From positions 64,001 to 128,000 of the IMG/VR virus record IMGVR_UViG_3300021091_000001: a stretch of 64,000 nucleotides of DNA; one strand, 5' to 3'. This document shows positions 1-9,609 of the stretch, one piece after another; position 1 is the stretch's first letter; each line of letters opens with the position of its first letter. The translations under genes and the position numbers were made by a program. The DNA comes from a virus (lineage: Duplodnaviria > Caudoviricetes). A model generated the notes under the pieces. The model was not told where the DNA came from. It made no database searches and was given only the letters and a program-made list of their open reading frames with translations.

Positions 1-1
1 G

Positions 2-424
2 TATTTTCGAGCCAATTTATGGTATTGGCGTCCTTTGTGGATGTATGTAGAACATGCTCATCCACTTATAGCATCAAGAGTAGAAAGTCCTCAGCTTAAT
101 GATGGATCTGGTTTAAACTCTAAAGATTCATACACTTTAGCTCGTCTTTTAAAAAAAGATATTGAATCTGGTGCACTTGAAAAGTACATTGAAGATTTTC
201 ATTCTTATCTTAATGCTCTTCCTTTAGAAGACTGCACATATTGTGATGAAAATGGGAATCTTTCTGCGACTATTTCCTCTGGAGCAACTTCTCTTGTTCA
301 GTGCAACACCTGTAAAGGTACCAAGAAAAGAGAGTCTATTCTCACTTGGTACCGTATGAATCTTAATCTCATGAAAGAATTTCAACAGTTTCTTGAAAAC
401 TGTGGCGGATTTGAGATTTGGTAA
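2..424 (+). CDS. phage hypothetical protein with CxxC..CxxC insert, 5'-truncated by window edge
   Basis: Frame is open from base 2 (YFRANLWYWRPLW...), has two CxxC pairs and ends FLENCGGFEIW. Confidence 0.75.
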   Translation, partial: YFRANLWYWRPLWMYVEHAHPLIASRVESPQLNDGSGLNSKDSYTLARLLKKDIESGALEKYIEDFHSYLNALPLEDCTYCDENGNLSATISSGATSLVQCNTCKGTKKRESILTWYRMNLNLMKEFQQFLENCGGFEIW

Positions 425-426
425 GT

Positions 427-555
427 TTGATGGTAGCTGGCTATGTAATCATTTATTCACCAACTTTTAAAACAAAGTTCAGAGTTAATGACGTTGCATG
501 ACGGAACGAAGTAGTGATGTCAGTAGCCCCATATCGCTCCACTACCTACCATCAA
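427..555 (+). ncRNA. putative structured RNA or attenuator
   Basis: TTGATGGTAG (427-436) pairs with CTACCATCAA (546-555); inner hairpin AACTTT/AAAGTT (462-479); T-rich run follows. Confidence 0.35.
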
Positions 556-583
556 TTTATTTTTATATTTTTATAGGAGATTT

Positions 584-847
584 ATGAAACTCATCAAGCG
601 TAATTCTACGGTTCATATTGCTTTGCAATATCTGTGCATGAAGCGAACATGGGTAACAAAAGAAAATCTTTTCGCATTATCTCCTACAAAGTATAATAAA
701 GCCAGCGAAGCAGAAGAATCTTTGAATGAATTAGTTACAATGGGCTTTGCACGAAAAAATGATTTGTGCTATATTATTACTAATGACGGTATAAATTATT
801 TACCTATAATTGTAAAAGAACAGAAATATATCCCTACAGGAGAATAA
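584..847 (+). CDS. small hypothetical protein, possible winged helix
   Basis: AGGAGA RBS; 87 aa; 'L..L...G.....Y.IT.DG' wHTH-like ending. Confidence 0.7.
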   Translation: MKLIKRNSTVHIALQYLCMKRTWVTKENLFALSPTKYNKASEAEESLNELVTMGFARKNDLCYIITNDGINYLPIIVKEQKYIPTGE

Positions 848-897
848 TGCCAACCACATATTTTCGAATATGCACTAGCCAACTAGAAATTTTTCTA

Positions 898-970
898 GGG
901 CTAGTAGCTCAGTGGTAAGAGCAGCATCCTTATAAGATGTTGGTCGCGAGTTCAATTCTCGCTTAGCCCA
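898..970 (+). tRNA. tRNA-Ile(UAU)
   Basis: Full cloverleaf: acceptor GGGCTAG/TTAGCCC, D stem GCTC/GAGC, anticodon loop CT-TAT-AA, T loop TTCAATT; CCA not encoded. Confidence 0.93.
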
Positions 971-1011
971 CTCTTGTACAAAAAACAGACCTTTAAAAGA
1001 TAGGAATATTC

Positions 1012-1686
1012 ATGCCCTCCTATTCTGACAATGATGATGATCTTTTTGAAGAATCCACAAATTCTTCGACCGATTCATCTTCATTTCATGATTTATTTGC
1101 TCACTCCAATTACTCTTCTGATACTTTTTCTAATTCTTTTGTAGAATCCACAAAAGATATACTTTCACCCAAGTCTATTGACTCTGATCAATTTCGTTAT
1201 CGTACCGGTATCGTTACTTCTTTCTATGAAGTTTGCAATCGGTTTTCGTTCGCAAATGATAATTTTTTAAGAGTTGAGTATGATTATCTCAACTCTATTT
1301 CTAACAATCATTTTAGCAAATTGCTTTATTTTGCTTTCTTAGAAGAAAGTATTATCAAACGCTTTTCTATTCAGAACTTTTTACGTGTTGTTATTGAAAC
1401 TGATAATAGCAAAGTATTTAAAGAAGCAGCAGAGCAACTTAAAATAAATGTCGATGACTTTTTTATTAGAGTTTATTTTGGTTCTATTTATAAACTTCTT
1501 AATCACGCAATAGACCGAAATATTGCTATATATGAAAAGCTTTGTACAGAACTTCAGAGACCACCAATGCAAGCTATTCTTGATAAGAATTATGATTCAC
1601 TAGATATTACTTTTGAATCACCTTCTTCTTATATTTTGAGAAGCTTTGATTCTATTAAAGAGTCTCTTGGTTTTAAAACTTTCTAG
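1012..1686 (+). CDS. hypothetical protein with acidic/Ser-rich N-terminus
   Basis: 224 aa ORF with RBS; in-frame CGG (Arg) at 1240. Confidence 0.75.
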   Translation: MPSYSDNDDDLFEESTNSSTDSSSFHDLFAHSNYSSDTFSNSFVESTKDILSPKSIDSDQFRYRTGIVTSFYEVCNRFSFANDNFLRVEYDYLNSISNNHFSKLLYFAFLEESIIKRFSIQNFLRVVIETDNSKVFKEAAEQLKINVDDFFIRVYFGSIYKLLNHAIDRNIAIYEKLCTELQRPPMQAILDKNYDSLDITFESPSSYILRSFDSIKESLGFKTF

Positions 1687-1698
1687 GAGGAGATATAA

Positions 1699-2094
1699 TT
1701 GTATCCTGAAAAGATTCCCAATTCTTTGACACCTTTGAATACTTTCAAGTTCAACTTGGAATCTTCACGTGATGTTAAAAAACAACTAGAGTCTCAAATC
1801 GCAAGTCTCGATGAACGTATTGAAAAGATCGTTGATCATTTTACAATCCAAGACATGCCGATTATACGTTTTATTCTTAATGTTTCTGAAGAACGTGAAG
1901 AACTTAAAAAAGTTTCTAGGGCATTGGATAGAATAGCAGATCTTATTCACGTTAAAAATGAACTACTTCCAAAACTAGAGGTAATCAAAATAGCGGAAAA
2001 AGATCCCAATTGGTTTGCATGGACTTTTGGTGATTTTGATTCTGATATTGATTCTGAATTACAAAACTTTACGGACGGAAATTTTGATGACTGA
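1699..2094 (+). CDS. hypothetical coiled-coil protein
   Basis: AGGAGG RBS, TTG start, 131 aa. Confidence 0.75.
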   Translation: MYPEKIPNSLTPLNTFKFNLESSRDVKKQLESQIASLDERIEKIVDHFTIQDMPIIRFILNVSEEREELKKVSRALDRIADLIHVKNELLPKLEVIKIAEKDPNWFAWTFGDFDSDIDSELQNFTDGNFDD

Positions 2095-3907
2095 TAATTT
2101 TAATTATACTCTTCTTTCTAAAGAAGACGGCACTTATGCTCTTCGGTCTGTTGTAACTTCTTTTGGCCTTGACCATGTGACTGACAAAGATATTGTATCT
2201 TTTTATACTACTTTTTCTCAATATGCTTCTTTTGACACTGGTCTTTTGCCTTTAGATGGTACTGGCATTCTTGCCATTCGCAATGCTGGTCCACATACTC
2301 AAGTTGTTGCTCAACATGCTCCTGGATTGTATTATATAAATTGGGGTAGTTTTGAAGGCGACAAGCAAGCTAAGGCATACTATGTCGCTCAACCTTATCG
2401 CATAATTATTGGCGACTTTAGAGATGGTAATCTTTTAGGCGCTAGAATGTTTTATTCTCCTGTGCCAATCACCTCTCCTCAAAATCAGCTCTATCATGTT
2501 AACCTTCCCAATATTAATTGCAAAGGTTATCGCGGCAATGCTGTAGGCTGGATTTGTCTTTATCATAAAGATGATTGGTCTCATCTTCCATTTAACGAAA
2601 AAGTATCACGTTTCATTGAACGTTGTTCTGGCGTAGAAACATACAACGATGCAAATATGAACGAGACAGATGGTCCTCGTTTCTATGATTCTTGCGGATA
2701 TCCTTCTTATATTACTGATCCCGTTCTTTGGCAAAAGAAGTCAGAGGAAGAGGGATATCAATGGACTTTAGATTCTTCTGTTTGGATTCCAGTAAAAGTT
2801 ACTGGAATTGATAATCAGGGTTGCCATAATCCCAAAGGTGAATTACTCACTTTGGGAATGGCTATCTTGGGAAACTATCAAGCTTATTATACAGATACTG
2901 AAATCCCCAAGATGTACAATATTGTTTCTCGTCTTGATTTTACTGTTAAGAACGACAACATAGCTGACTTCTTTAAAAAGTCATTTGCTTCTGCTCCCTC
3001 TATTTGGTCTCACACCCCTAAAGATAATCCTTATGCTTTCACTGTAGAATCTAGAATCAATAATTCTTCAGAAACCCTTCAGTTGAATTTTAATTCTGAT
3101 GAAGAAGATCCCCATAAGGCTGTTTGCAATAATTGTGATGAGGTCTTTGACTATGAAGTAGCTACTATCGATGCGTACGATGAAACTATTTGTCCTAGTT
3201 GCATTAATGATCGTTATGTATACGTAGAATCTGTAGGTAAATATTTTCATTGTGAAGATGAAGATCTTTATTATTCAGAACATGATGATAACTACTACCA
3301 TTCTAAGCACGATGTTTGTTTTCATTGTCCAAATTGTATGGTCACTTATGGTTATTCAGGTACCAGTGAAAAAGCCGTTGAGTATATTCACAATTTAACT
3401 CGTAAAGACAATTATTCTGAATTAATTTGCGCAGTTTGTTTTGATCGAAATATTGAAGAAAATGATCTTTCTTCTACTGAATGTGTTGTATGTAAGAAGA
3501 AAGTTATTACATCTGTTGGATGGAATGATGTTCATCCTACTGTAAGAACCATTGATCATGATGTAGATTCAAATACTTATACTTCTACTTATTCTACATT
3601 TTGTGAAAGTTGTTCTCCTAAGCACTTTGTTTGTCCTTGCGGAAAAGTTAAGTCAGACGATACTGAAGATTTTAATTCTTGTAGTTCCAGTATGATTTAT
3701 TCTGAGTTAGATGCTAATAATAAACTTGTTTTTACGGCTTCTGTTCATCAGTGCTGTGCAAGTTGTCTTTCAGCGCCTATTCTCCAAGATGGAGAACTAG
3801 TAGCTGCTTATGTCCCACCTCCAGAAGTATTTAAGCTTGTCGTCAATAATAAATTGTTTAATTCTACTGGAATTACTGTTATTCAGTCAGAAGATGGTTT
3901 ATTCTGA
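2087..3907 (+). CDS. prokaryotic E2-like (Prok-E2 family D-like) protein with C-terminal Cys-rich Zn-binding array
   Basis: LYHVNLPNINC...GWICLY resembles the 'PN..G.xC' E2-D core; many CxxC pairs in the C-terminal half; precedes JAB/E1/Ubl; start moved to ATG 2087, overlapping the upstream stop. Confidence 0.65.
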   Translation: MTDNFNYTLLSKEDGTYALRSVVTSFGLDHVTDKDIVSFYTTFSQYASFDTGLLPLDGTGILAIRNAGPHTQVVAQHAPGLYYINWGSFEGDKQAKAYYVAQPYRIIIGDFRDGNLLGARMFYSPVPITSPQNQLYHVNLPNINCKGYRGNAVGWICLYHKDDWSHLPFNEKVSRFIERCSGVETYNDANMNETDGPRFYDSCGYPSYITDPVLWQKKSEEEGYQWTLDSSVWIPVKVTGIDNQGCHNPKGELLTLGMAILGNYQAYYTDTEIPKMYNIVSRLDFTVKNDNIADFFKKSFASAPSIWSHTPKDNPYAFTVESRINNSSETLQLNFNSDEEDPHKAVCNNCDEVFDYEVATIDAYDETICPSCINDRYVYVESVGKYFHCEDEDLYYSEHDDNYYHSKHDVCFHCPNCMVTYGYSGTSEKAVEYIHNLTRKDNYSELICAVCFDRNIEENDLSSTECVVCKKKVITSVGWNDVHPTVRTIDHDVDSNTYTSTYSTFCESCSPKHFVCPCGKVKSDDTEDFNSCSSSMIYSELDANNKLVFTASVHQCCASCLSAPILQDGELVAAYVPPPEVFKLVVNNKLFNSTGITVIQSEDGLF

Positions 3908-3930
3908 ATCAACAAAATATTGGAGATTTT

Positions 3931-5625
3931 ATGACTAATCAACAAGAAACAACAAACGTCACCTTAAATGACCTTAATTATTTTTGGACTAAGTCTGGAG
4001 TTCCATGTTTTATGGCAACTCGAGACGATATTCAAGATGTAGTTCAGGCTCTTGGTTTTAATATTTATTATCTTATTTGCAATGTTGCGGAAGATAAAAA
4101 GAATGAAACCACAACTTATGTCAATGGTAAGAGTCAAACAACTACTTCTTATGTCACTAATATGAAGACCAAAATTGTCAAGGTTGTAAACAACTTTGTT
4201 GGTCATTCAATTACTGTTGTAGAAGATGAAGAAATTTATGATTTTACTCCAATACGTGAAATAGGCGAATATAATCTTCCTCCTATTCCTCGCGATATAG
4301 TTACTAAGCTCGATGAGTTCTTTAGACTTGTCGACGCACAGCATGGCACAGAGTCAATTGTCATATTGACCTTTGATCCTAATTTTGAAGATTCCCGTGG
4401 TTGGGGTGTTCTTGTTCCAGAACAGACAAATACTTCTGTTCACTGCAAGTACGACCCAGATAGCATTGTTGATCAAAAACCTGAGCATGTGATGATTGTT
4501 GGATCTGTTCACAGTCATCCCGGCATGCCTGCTTATGCATCTGGTACAGACCATGCTGATCAAGCAGATTTTGATGGCATTCATATTACTTATGGATGGC
4601 AGAAGTCTATTAATAACAATGCAACTCAATATCATATTGAGCTTCAAATGGCTGGATATTCTTGGACTCTTAAGCCAGATGATGTTTTTGAATCATTTGT
4701 TTACAATAAATCTCCCGATCCTCAGGTCGTAGAATGGAGCGAAAAAGTAAAAAAAGCATACCCCCCTCAGGGGGGTTCGGTTTCTCTAGTGGCTCACACA
4801 CCAGCACATTCGCTACATCAGACTCCTCCTCGGGACTTTATTCCAACTGGTATTACTAGTCCTTTATCAAAAGGAACTTCCACTTGGGAATCTACCAATT
4901 CTCCTCGTGTTTCTCAGTTTAATTCTCGTACTCAGAATTATCCTAACCCTCATGATGACGATGACCATATTGTCATAGCAGAAGTTCAAATTGAATCAGG
5001 CGGTTTTGCTTCATGTCCTTCTTGTAATTCTGAAGTGGCTTATTTTATTAATACTGTTCCATTTTACTGCGACGTTTGTGATATGCCTCTTTGTTTTCCT
5101 AATAACGCATATTCTGAGATAATTTCTTCTGCTGAAGAATATCTTAAAGAACGTAATCTTAAATCTAACTGCAATTATTATATTTGGACTAAAGATGATA
5201 ATGATGCAGATTTGTTAATGCGCATTAAAGAAAAAAATTACGTATCTGATTCTTCTGATTACATATCTTTAGACGCTCGTGTCGAAACTCTTGATGAATA
5301 TTATTACGAAGGTTTTTCTCACGAAAGATTAGTTTGTTGTGATCTTCCTATTGAAGAAATTTCTTATTGTACATGTTCTACTCCTGTTTATTATGATGAC
5401 GTCATTTCTTTTGATGTTGCTCATCCCCATAGTGTTTACGATTCAAACGATTCTTGTATAGAATGTGAATTCTATTACTCTAGGAATTGTAAGCCTTATC
5501 TACAAGCCATTGTAGATTTTGCGGCACGTGATCGTGTTATGGACGCTAAAATAACTGAGTGTGAGGACTTTATTCCGTATGAACGTTCTGCTGTCAAATA
5601 CGACTTCGACCGAGATTATTATTAA
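3931..5625 (+). CDS. JAB/MPN+ metallo-isopeptidase with Cys-rich C-terminus
   Basis: E(GTES)...HSHPGMPAYASGTD = HxHx7SxxD JAB motif. Confidence 0.88.
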   Translation: MTNQQETTNVTLNDLNYFWTKSGVPCFMATRDDIQDVVQALGFNIYYLICNVAEDKKNETTTYVNGKSQTTTSYVTNMKTKIVKVVNNFVGHSITVVEDEEIYDFTPIREIGEYNLPPIPRDIVTKLDEFFRLVDAQHGTESIVILTFDPNFEDSRGWGVLVPEQTNTSVHCKYDPDSIVDQKPEHVMIVGSVHSHPGMPAYASGTDHADQADFDGIHITYGWQKSINNNATQYHIELQMAGYSWTLKPDDVFESFVYNKSPDPQVVEWSEKVKKAYPPQGGSVSLVAHTPAHSLHQTPPRDFIPTGITSPLSKGTSTWESTNSPRVSQFNSRTQNYPNPHDDDDHIVIAEVQIESGGFASCPSCNSEVAYFINTVPFYCDVCDMPLCFPNNAYSEIISSAEEYLKERNLKSNCNYYIWTKDDNDADLLMRIKEKNYVSDSSDYISLDARVETLDEYYYEGFSHERLVCCDLPIEEISYCTCSTPVYYDDVISFDVAHPHSVYDSNDSCIECEFYYSRNCKPYLQAIVDFAARDRVMDAKITECEDFIPYERSAVKYDFDRDYY

Positions 5626-5645
5626 GACAAAATATAGGAACTGTT

Positions 5646-6392
5646 ATGGAAACTAAAAGAGTTGTATTGGTTGGAGCCGGAGGCATAGGCACTTGGCTTG
5701 CTCCTGGTGTTGTTCGTTTACTTGAGTGGAAGTATCCTGGTTCTGCTTTTATTATCGTCGATGGTGACAATTTTGAGCAGAAAAATTTAGAGCGTCAGTC
5801 TTTTACACAAATGGGAAACAAGGCTTCTGTTAAAGCATTAGAACTTTCTTCTCAGTTTACAAATACTCTTGTTATTCCAGTCCCTAAATGGGTTGTTTCT
5901 GACGATCATCCAGAGACAGATGATAATTCTAACAAGATCAAAGCTTCTCAACTTCTTGTTGAAGGAGATATTGTTCTTGCTGTTGTTGACAATTTTTCTG
6001 CACGTAAAATTCTTTTTGACGCTGCATCTAAATTAGACAACGTTGATGTTTTAACTGGTGGAAATGATGACGCTTTATATGGAAGTATTTATCATTACCG
6101 TCGTAGAAATGGTATAGACATTACTTCTCATCCAGTTGAAACACACCCAGAATACCAGAATCCGCCGGATCGTAATCCCGGTGAGATGTCTTGTCAGGAG
6201 CGAGCAGAAATAGAAGGTGGCACTCAGATTCTTGCCACTAATATGGCTGTTGCTTCTTATATTCTTGGTCGAATACAACACACTATAGTGTTCGACCAAA
6301 ATCCAGAACAGTCCGAGATTTATTTTGATCTAGGGCTTGGCATGGCACAACCCTACAACCGTATGGTTGAAAACGCATCACTTAATGTATAG
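5646..6392 (+). CDS. ThiF/E1-like Ubl-activating enzyme
   Basis: GAGGIG nucleotide loop, DGD..EQKNLERQ, KA, VDN..AR, candidate catalytic 'SC' followed by Q...N. Confidence 0.92.
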   Translation: METKRVVLVGAGGIGTWLAPGVVRLLEWKYPGSAFIIVDGDNFEQKNLERQSFTQMGNKASVKALELSSQFTNTLVIPVPKWVVSDDHPETDDNSNKIKASQLLVEGDIVLAVVDNFSARKILFDAASKLDNVDVLTGGNDDALYGSIYHYRRRNGIDITSHPVETHPEYQNPPDRNPGEMSCQERAEIEGGTQILATNMAVASYILGRIQHTIVFDQNPEQSEIYFDLGLGMAQPYNRMVENASLNV

Positions 6393-6403
6393 GAGAAATC
6401 AAA

Positions 6404-6655
6404 ATGGAAATGAATTCCATGCAGAACAATACAAATGCAGCACAGGGCGTAGCTAATCTTCGCTATGGTGTTTACAACCAGCCAGCTCCAGTTTCTGGCA
6501 AGACTGTTGGCGAAGTTCGTCAGCAGTTCTCCAAGCTTTGGGGAATCAGCGCAGACGCCATTGCCTACAAGGGCAAAGACAAGCTTGACGAAAATTATAT
6601 CATTCAGCCCGGCGATAACGTTGAATTCCATCGCCGTGCTGGTGAAAAGGGCTGA
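6404..6655 (+). CDS. ubiquitin-like beta-grasp protein
   Basis: GKTVGEVR...GDNVEF...AGEKG; 83 aa with C-terminal Gly (GxKG as in Prok-Ub/PRTRC protein C); directly after E1. Confidence 0.85.
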   Translation: MEMNSMQNNTNAAQGVANLRYGVYNQPAPVSGKTVGEVRQQFSKLWGISADAIAYKGKDKLDENYIIQPGDNVEFHRRAGEKG

Positions 6656-6670
6656 TTAAGCTCTACATTC

Positions 6671-6764
6671 GTGGGGGGGGATTTCGGCTTAAATGCCGTT
6701 CAATCTAACATTATAGATGATTTTAATCTGAAAAATGTTAGAATGGTCCCCCCCCACTTTTTTT
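6671..6764 (+). terminator. terminator-like multibranch RNA
   Basis: 11-bp GTGGGGGGGGA/TCCCCCCCCAC stem enclosing two inner hairpins, followed by T7. Confidence 0.6.
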
Positions 6765-6804
6765 ATAAAGCCTACAGTTAGTTACTTTATATGAAGAGGA
6801 CTTT

Positions 6805-8406
6805 ATGCTCCACCAACAAATCCAACTTGGTATTCCTGCCATATGGATTAAAACTACAGACCCTTTCCGTATAGAAGAAAATATTTTATCTATTTCAAAA
6901 AGAGATTTTTTTTCTATAACAAAGGATGGTTTTTCACATTATTCTGATAATGTTTGGAAACCCATTCTAGTATCTATTTCTAACCCTGAAGATTCTTCTT
7001 CTCCAATAATTAAAACGACCACAGATTTTTCTGTGTCTTTTGATTTTCTTTTTAATTCTCCTGACTTTAAAGATCGTCCAAAAACGTTTATTAACCACCT
7101 AGTTAGTGATCCAAATTCTTTTGCAATGATGTTTGCTCCTTTTATTGCAAATCTTCATTCTGATTATCGCAATTCTTTTAAAAAAGACGATCTTTCTTTA
7201 CTTCCTCTTCAAATAATTGTCATATCTTCTGCCAATCCTCCAGAAGACATTGCTCATCTTTTCTATGTTCACGAAGATACTTATCCTTCTTTGGAAGAAC
7301 TTACTGATATTCTCTATCATATGCATTCTTCTACAAATGGAGAAATAGTAGATTCTGCCAAAACAAAAGATATAGCTCGTTCTGGTCTTGGTTTAACAGA
7401 GTCTAAGTTTATTAACTTGTCTTTGCTTTCTGTTTTAGAATGCGGAACTATCGATTCTGCTTACATTTATTCTGCTAAAATGGCAGATGTCAAAAAGAAT
7501 GGCATTCTTGAAATTCTTAAGCCTAAAATAACATTTGATAATATTGGCGGTCTTGATAACATTAAGAATGTTATTTTTAAAAATCTTTATTTTTGGAATA
7601 ATCCCCAAGAAGCTGAAAAATTTGGTATTCAACCAATAAGACGTTTGCTTACCGTTGGTATTCCTGGCACTGGTAAGTCTGCCATTTGCGAAGCAACTGC
7701 AAATGCTTTAGGTCTAGATCTCGCTCGCACTGGTGTCAGTCAAGTAATGAATTCTTTCATTGGCCAGTCAGAAGCTAATATGCGAGCAGTTTTTCAGCAG
7801 ATAAAAGCAATGGCTCCACTTTGCGTTTGGATTGACGAGTTCGGTCGTGATATGTCTGGTGGCCAGTCGTCTAGTCACGTAGACGGTGGCACCACAGACC
7901 GTGTTCACGGCGAGTTCTTGACAGGCTTGCAGGAACTTCCTGACAATGTCTTTTTGATGTGTGCTGCAAATCAACTCAATCACCTTAGGCCAGAGATGCT
8001 TCGCGCAGAACGCTTTGATAAGATTTTCTTTGTTGGTTTGCCTTCATTTGAAGAGCGAATTGAAATTATCAAAATTTATCTTCCGGAAAATAATTATGAT
8101 TATCAAGCCGTTGCTCATGCTACCAAGTATTTTACTGGTGCAGAAATTAAATCTCTTATCAAAGAAGTGAACTTTAATGTAGTATCTACTTATCATCGCT
8201 CTGTTACTGATAAGGATATTATTTCTTACGCTCCTAGCATAAGGAATATTCTTTGGAATAAAGAACGCGACATGATTAAAGAGTTATATCGCTACGCCTA
8301 TGAGAACTGGGATTGGGCTTCTAATTTCCAATACAATGAAATAGATGATATACTTGGTAAAGCTCCAGCAAAGTCACAAGTTTCGTCTTGGGACGTAAAG
8401 ATATAA
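6805..8406 (+). CDS. AAA+ ATPase (Ycf46-like, degenerate N-terminal domain plus one intact AAA domain)
   Basis: FDNIGGL, Walker A GIPGTGKS, Walker B VWIDE, SRH AANQ...PEMLRAERFD. Confidence 0.92.
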   Translation: MLHQQIQLGIPAIWIKTTDPFRIEENILSISKRDFFSITKDGFSHYSDNVWKPILVSISNPEDSSSPIIKTTTDFSVSFDFLFNSPDFKDRPKTFINHLVSDPNSFAMMFAPFIANLHSDYRNSFKKDDLSLLPLQIIVISSANPPEDIAHLFYVHEDTYPSLEELTDILYHMHSSTNGEIVDSAKTKDIARSGLGLTESKFINLSLLSVLECGTIDSAYIYSAKMADVKKNGILEILKPKITFDNIGGLDNIKNVIFKNLYFWNNPQEAEKFGIQPIRRLLTVGIPGTGKSAICEATANALGLDLARTGVSQVMNSFIGQSEANMRAVFQQIKAMAPLCVWIDEFGRDMSGGQSSSHVDGGTTDRVHGEFLTGLQELPDNVFLMCAANQLNHLRPEMLRAERFDKIFFVGLPSFEERIEIIKIYLPENNYDYQAVAHATKYFTGAEIKSLIKEVNFNVVSTYHRSVTDKDIISYAPSIRNILWNKERDMIKELYRYAYENWDWASNFQYNEIDDILGKAPAKSQVSSWDVKI

Positions 8407-8415
8407 AGGAATATT

Positions 8416-9033
8416 ATGTCTATTGAAGAAAATGTCGAAGAATTTCTCTCTACTTTAGAACCAGATCAGCAAGACGATAAGCCAAAGTATGCAAATACTC
8501 TTTATAAGAAATGGTTTAAGTCTAAGACTCAAAGTGGTTTTGTTTCTATTCGTCCTTGGTTTCAAGGAATGAAATTTTCTATTGATATTGGAAAAACCAA
8601 TTCATCAGGAAAACTAGAAAGTAACACAAACTGTTTTGTTGATGCAATAGATTTTGCCGCTTATCTTCGTAGTATTGTTACAAACACAGCTTCTTTTAAT
8701 TTTCCCGTAAATGAAAGAATGGGATTAACAACTCCTGAATCTTTTGTTTCTTATGGTGGAACCACTTTACAATCTGGTCAGCAAATCAGCAGAATTTTTA
8801 AATGCCAACACTGGCAAAGTGGTGATAATGTAGATTCTTCTGCTTTTATTTGGAAAGCTGGCCATTTTAAAGCTAGGAAATCAGATACTGGAGCTTTCAT
8901 TCCTGATATGAAATCACCATTGTCTGTAGATTCGATTAAAGTTACTCGTCAAGATATTGTTAGTATTTCATATCTTTTGGATATGTCTTTGATTTCTTAT
9001 GTAACTAATAACACAGAATGGTATGATGCCTAG
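8416..9033 (+). CDS. hypothetical protein
   Basis: 205 aa, RBS, operonic with the AAA+ gene. Confidence 0.8.
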   Translation: MSIEENVEEFLSTLEPDQQDDKPKYANTLYKKWFKSKTQSGFVSIRPWFQGMKFSIDIGKTNSSGKLESNTNCFVDAIDFAAYLRSIVTNTASFNFPVNERMGLTTPESFVSYGGTTLQSGQQISRIFKCQHWQSGDNVDSSAFIWKAGHFKARKSDTGAFIPDMKSPLSVDSIKVTRQDIVSISYLLDMSLISYVTNNTEWYDA

Positions 9034-9416
9034 TGGAAGAAAACATATTTGATTCAGCTGATACTTTTGATTCTTTAAAGAATAATCTTCATGAACTTGT
9101 TATTGCTTTAGCTTCTAGAGTTGAAGAACGTCTGCAAGATTTGGATGAAGCAATTCAAAAGCTTGAAAAACAGATTGCTACTCTTATTCTTGGTTTTGGA
9201 GAACAAGCTGTTAATATGGAAGGACTTCTTGCCCAGATTAAATTCTCCAGTCCTGAAGCCCAAAAAGAGTTCATGAATACTATTTCTGCTAGTAGAAAAC
9301 AAATGCTTGAGACAATGAAGGAAGGCGCCAGTGGTTTATTGGCTGGAGAAAGTCCAGGAATTGCCTCAGCCGTTGAAGACTTGGTTAACGAAAAGTTATC
9401 TGACTCAGCCGATTAA
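9033..9416 (+). CDS. hypothetical coiled-coil protein
   Basis: GTG start overlapping the previous stop; heptad pattern. Confidence 0.75.
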   Translation: MEENIFDSADTFDSLKNNLHELVIALASRVEERLQDLDEAIQKLEKQIATLILGFGEQAVNMEGLLAQIKFSSPEAQKEFMNTISASRKQMLETMKEGASGLLAGESPGIASAVEDLVNEKLSDSAD

Positions 9417-9609
9417 TGGCACTTCTGTTCTTTTTGTAGACAAGCAGAATATTATTATATTGAATAATATTTATTATCTGCAAAAGATTTATTCTATTGC
9501 AAAGTTTATTTATCCAGAGATGTTATCTTTACATTTATCTTCTCTACCTATTTCTGATTCGTTAAAAAATAGGGTCATTTCTTTTGAATCTATATCTATG
9601 GAGACATAA
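9331..9609 (+). CDS. possible small hypothetical protein, start uncertain
   Basis: Fills the gap and its stop overlaps the next ATG, but there is no clear RBS. Confidence 0.35.
   Translation: MVYWLEKVQELPQPLKTWLTKSYLTQPINGTSVLFVDKQNIIILNNIYYLQKIYSIAKFIYPEMLSLHLSSLPISDSLKNRVISFESISMET

Noticed and set aside
9331-9609. Possible frameshift joining this ORF to an ATG at 9416
   Set aside because: There is no CGG or slippery site; kept only as a low-confidence ORF.
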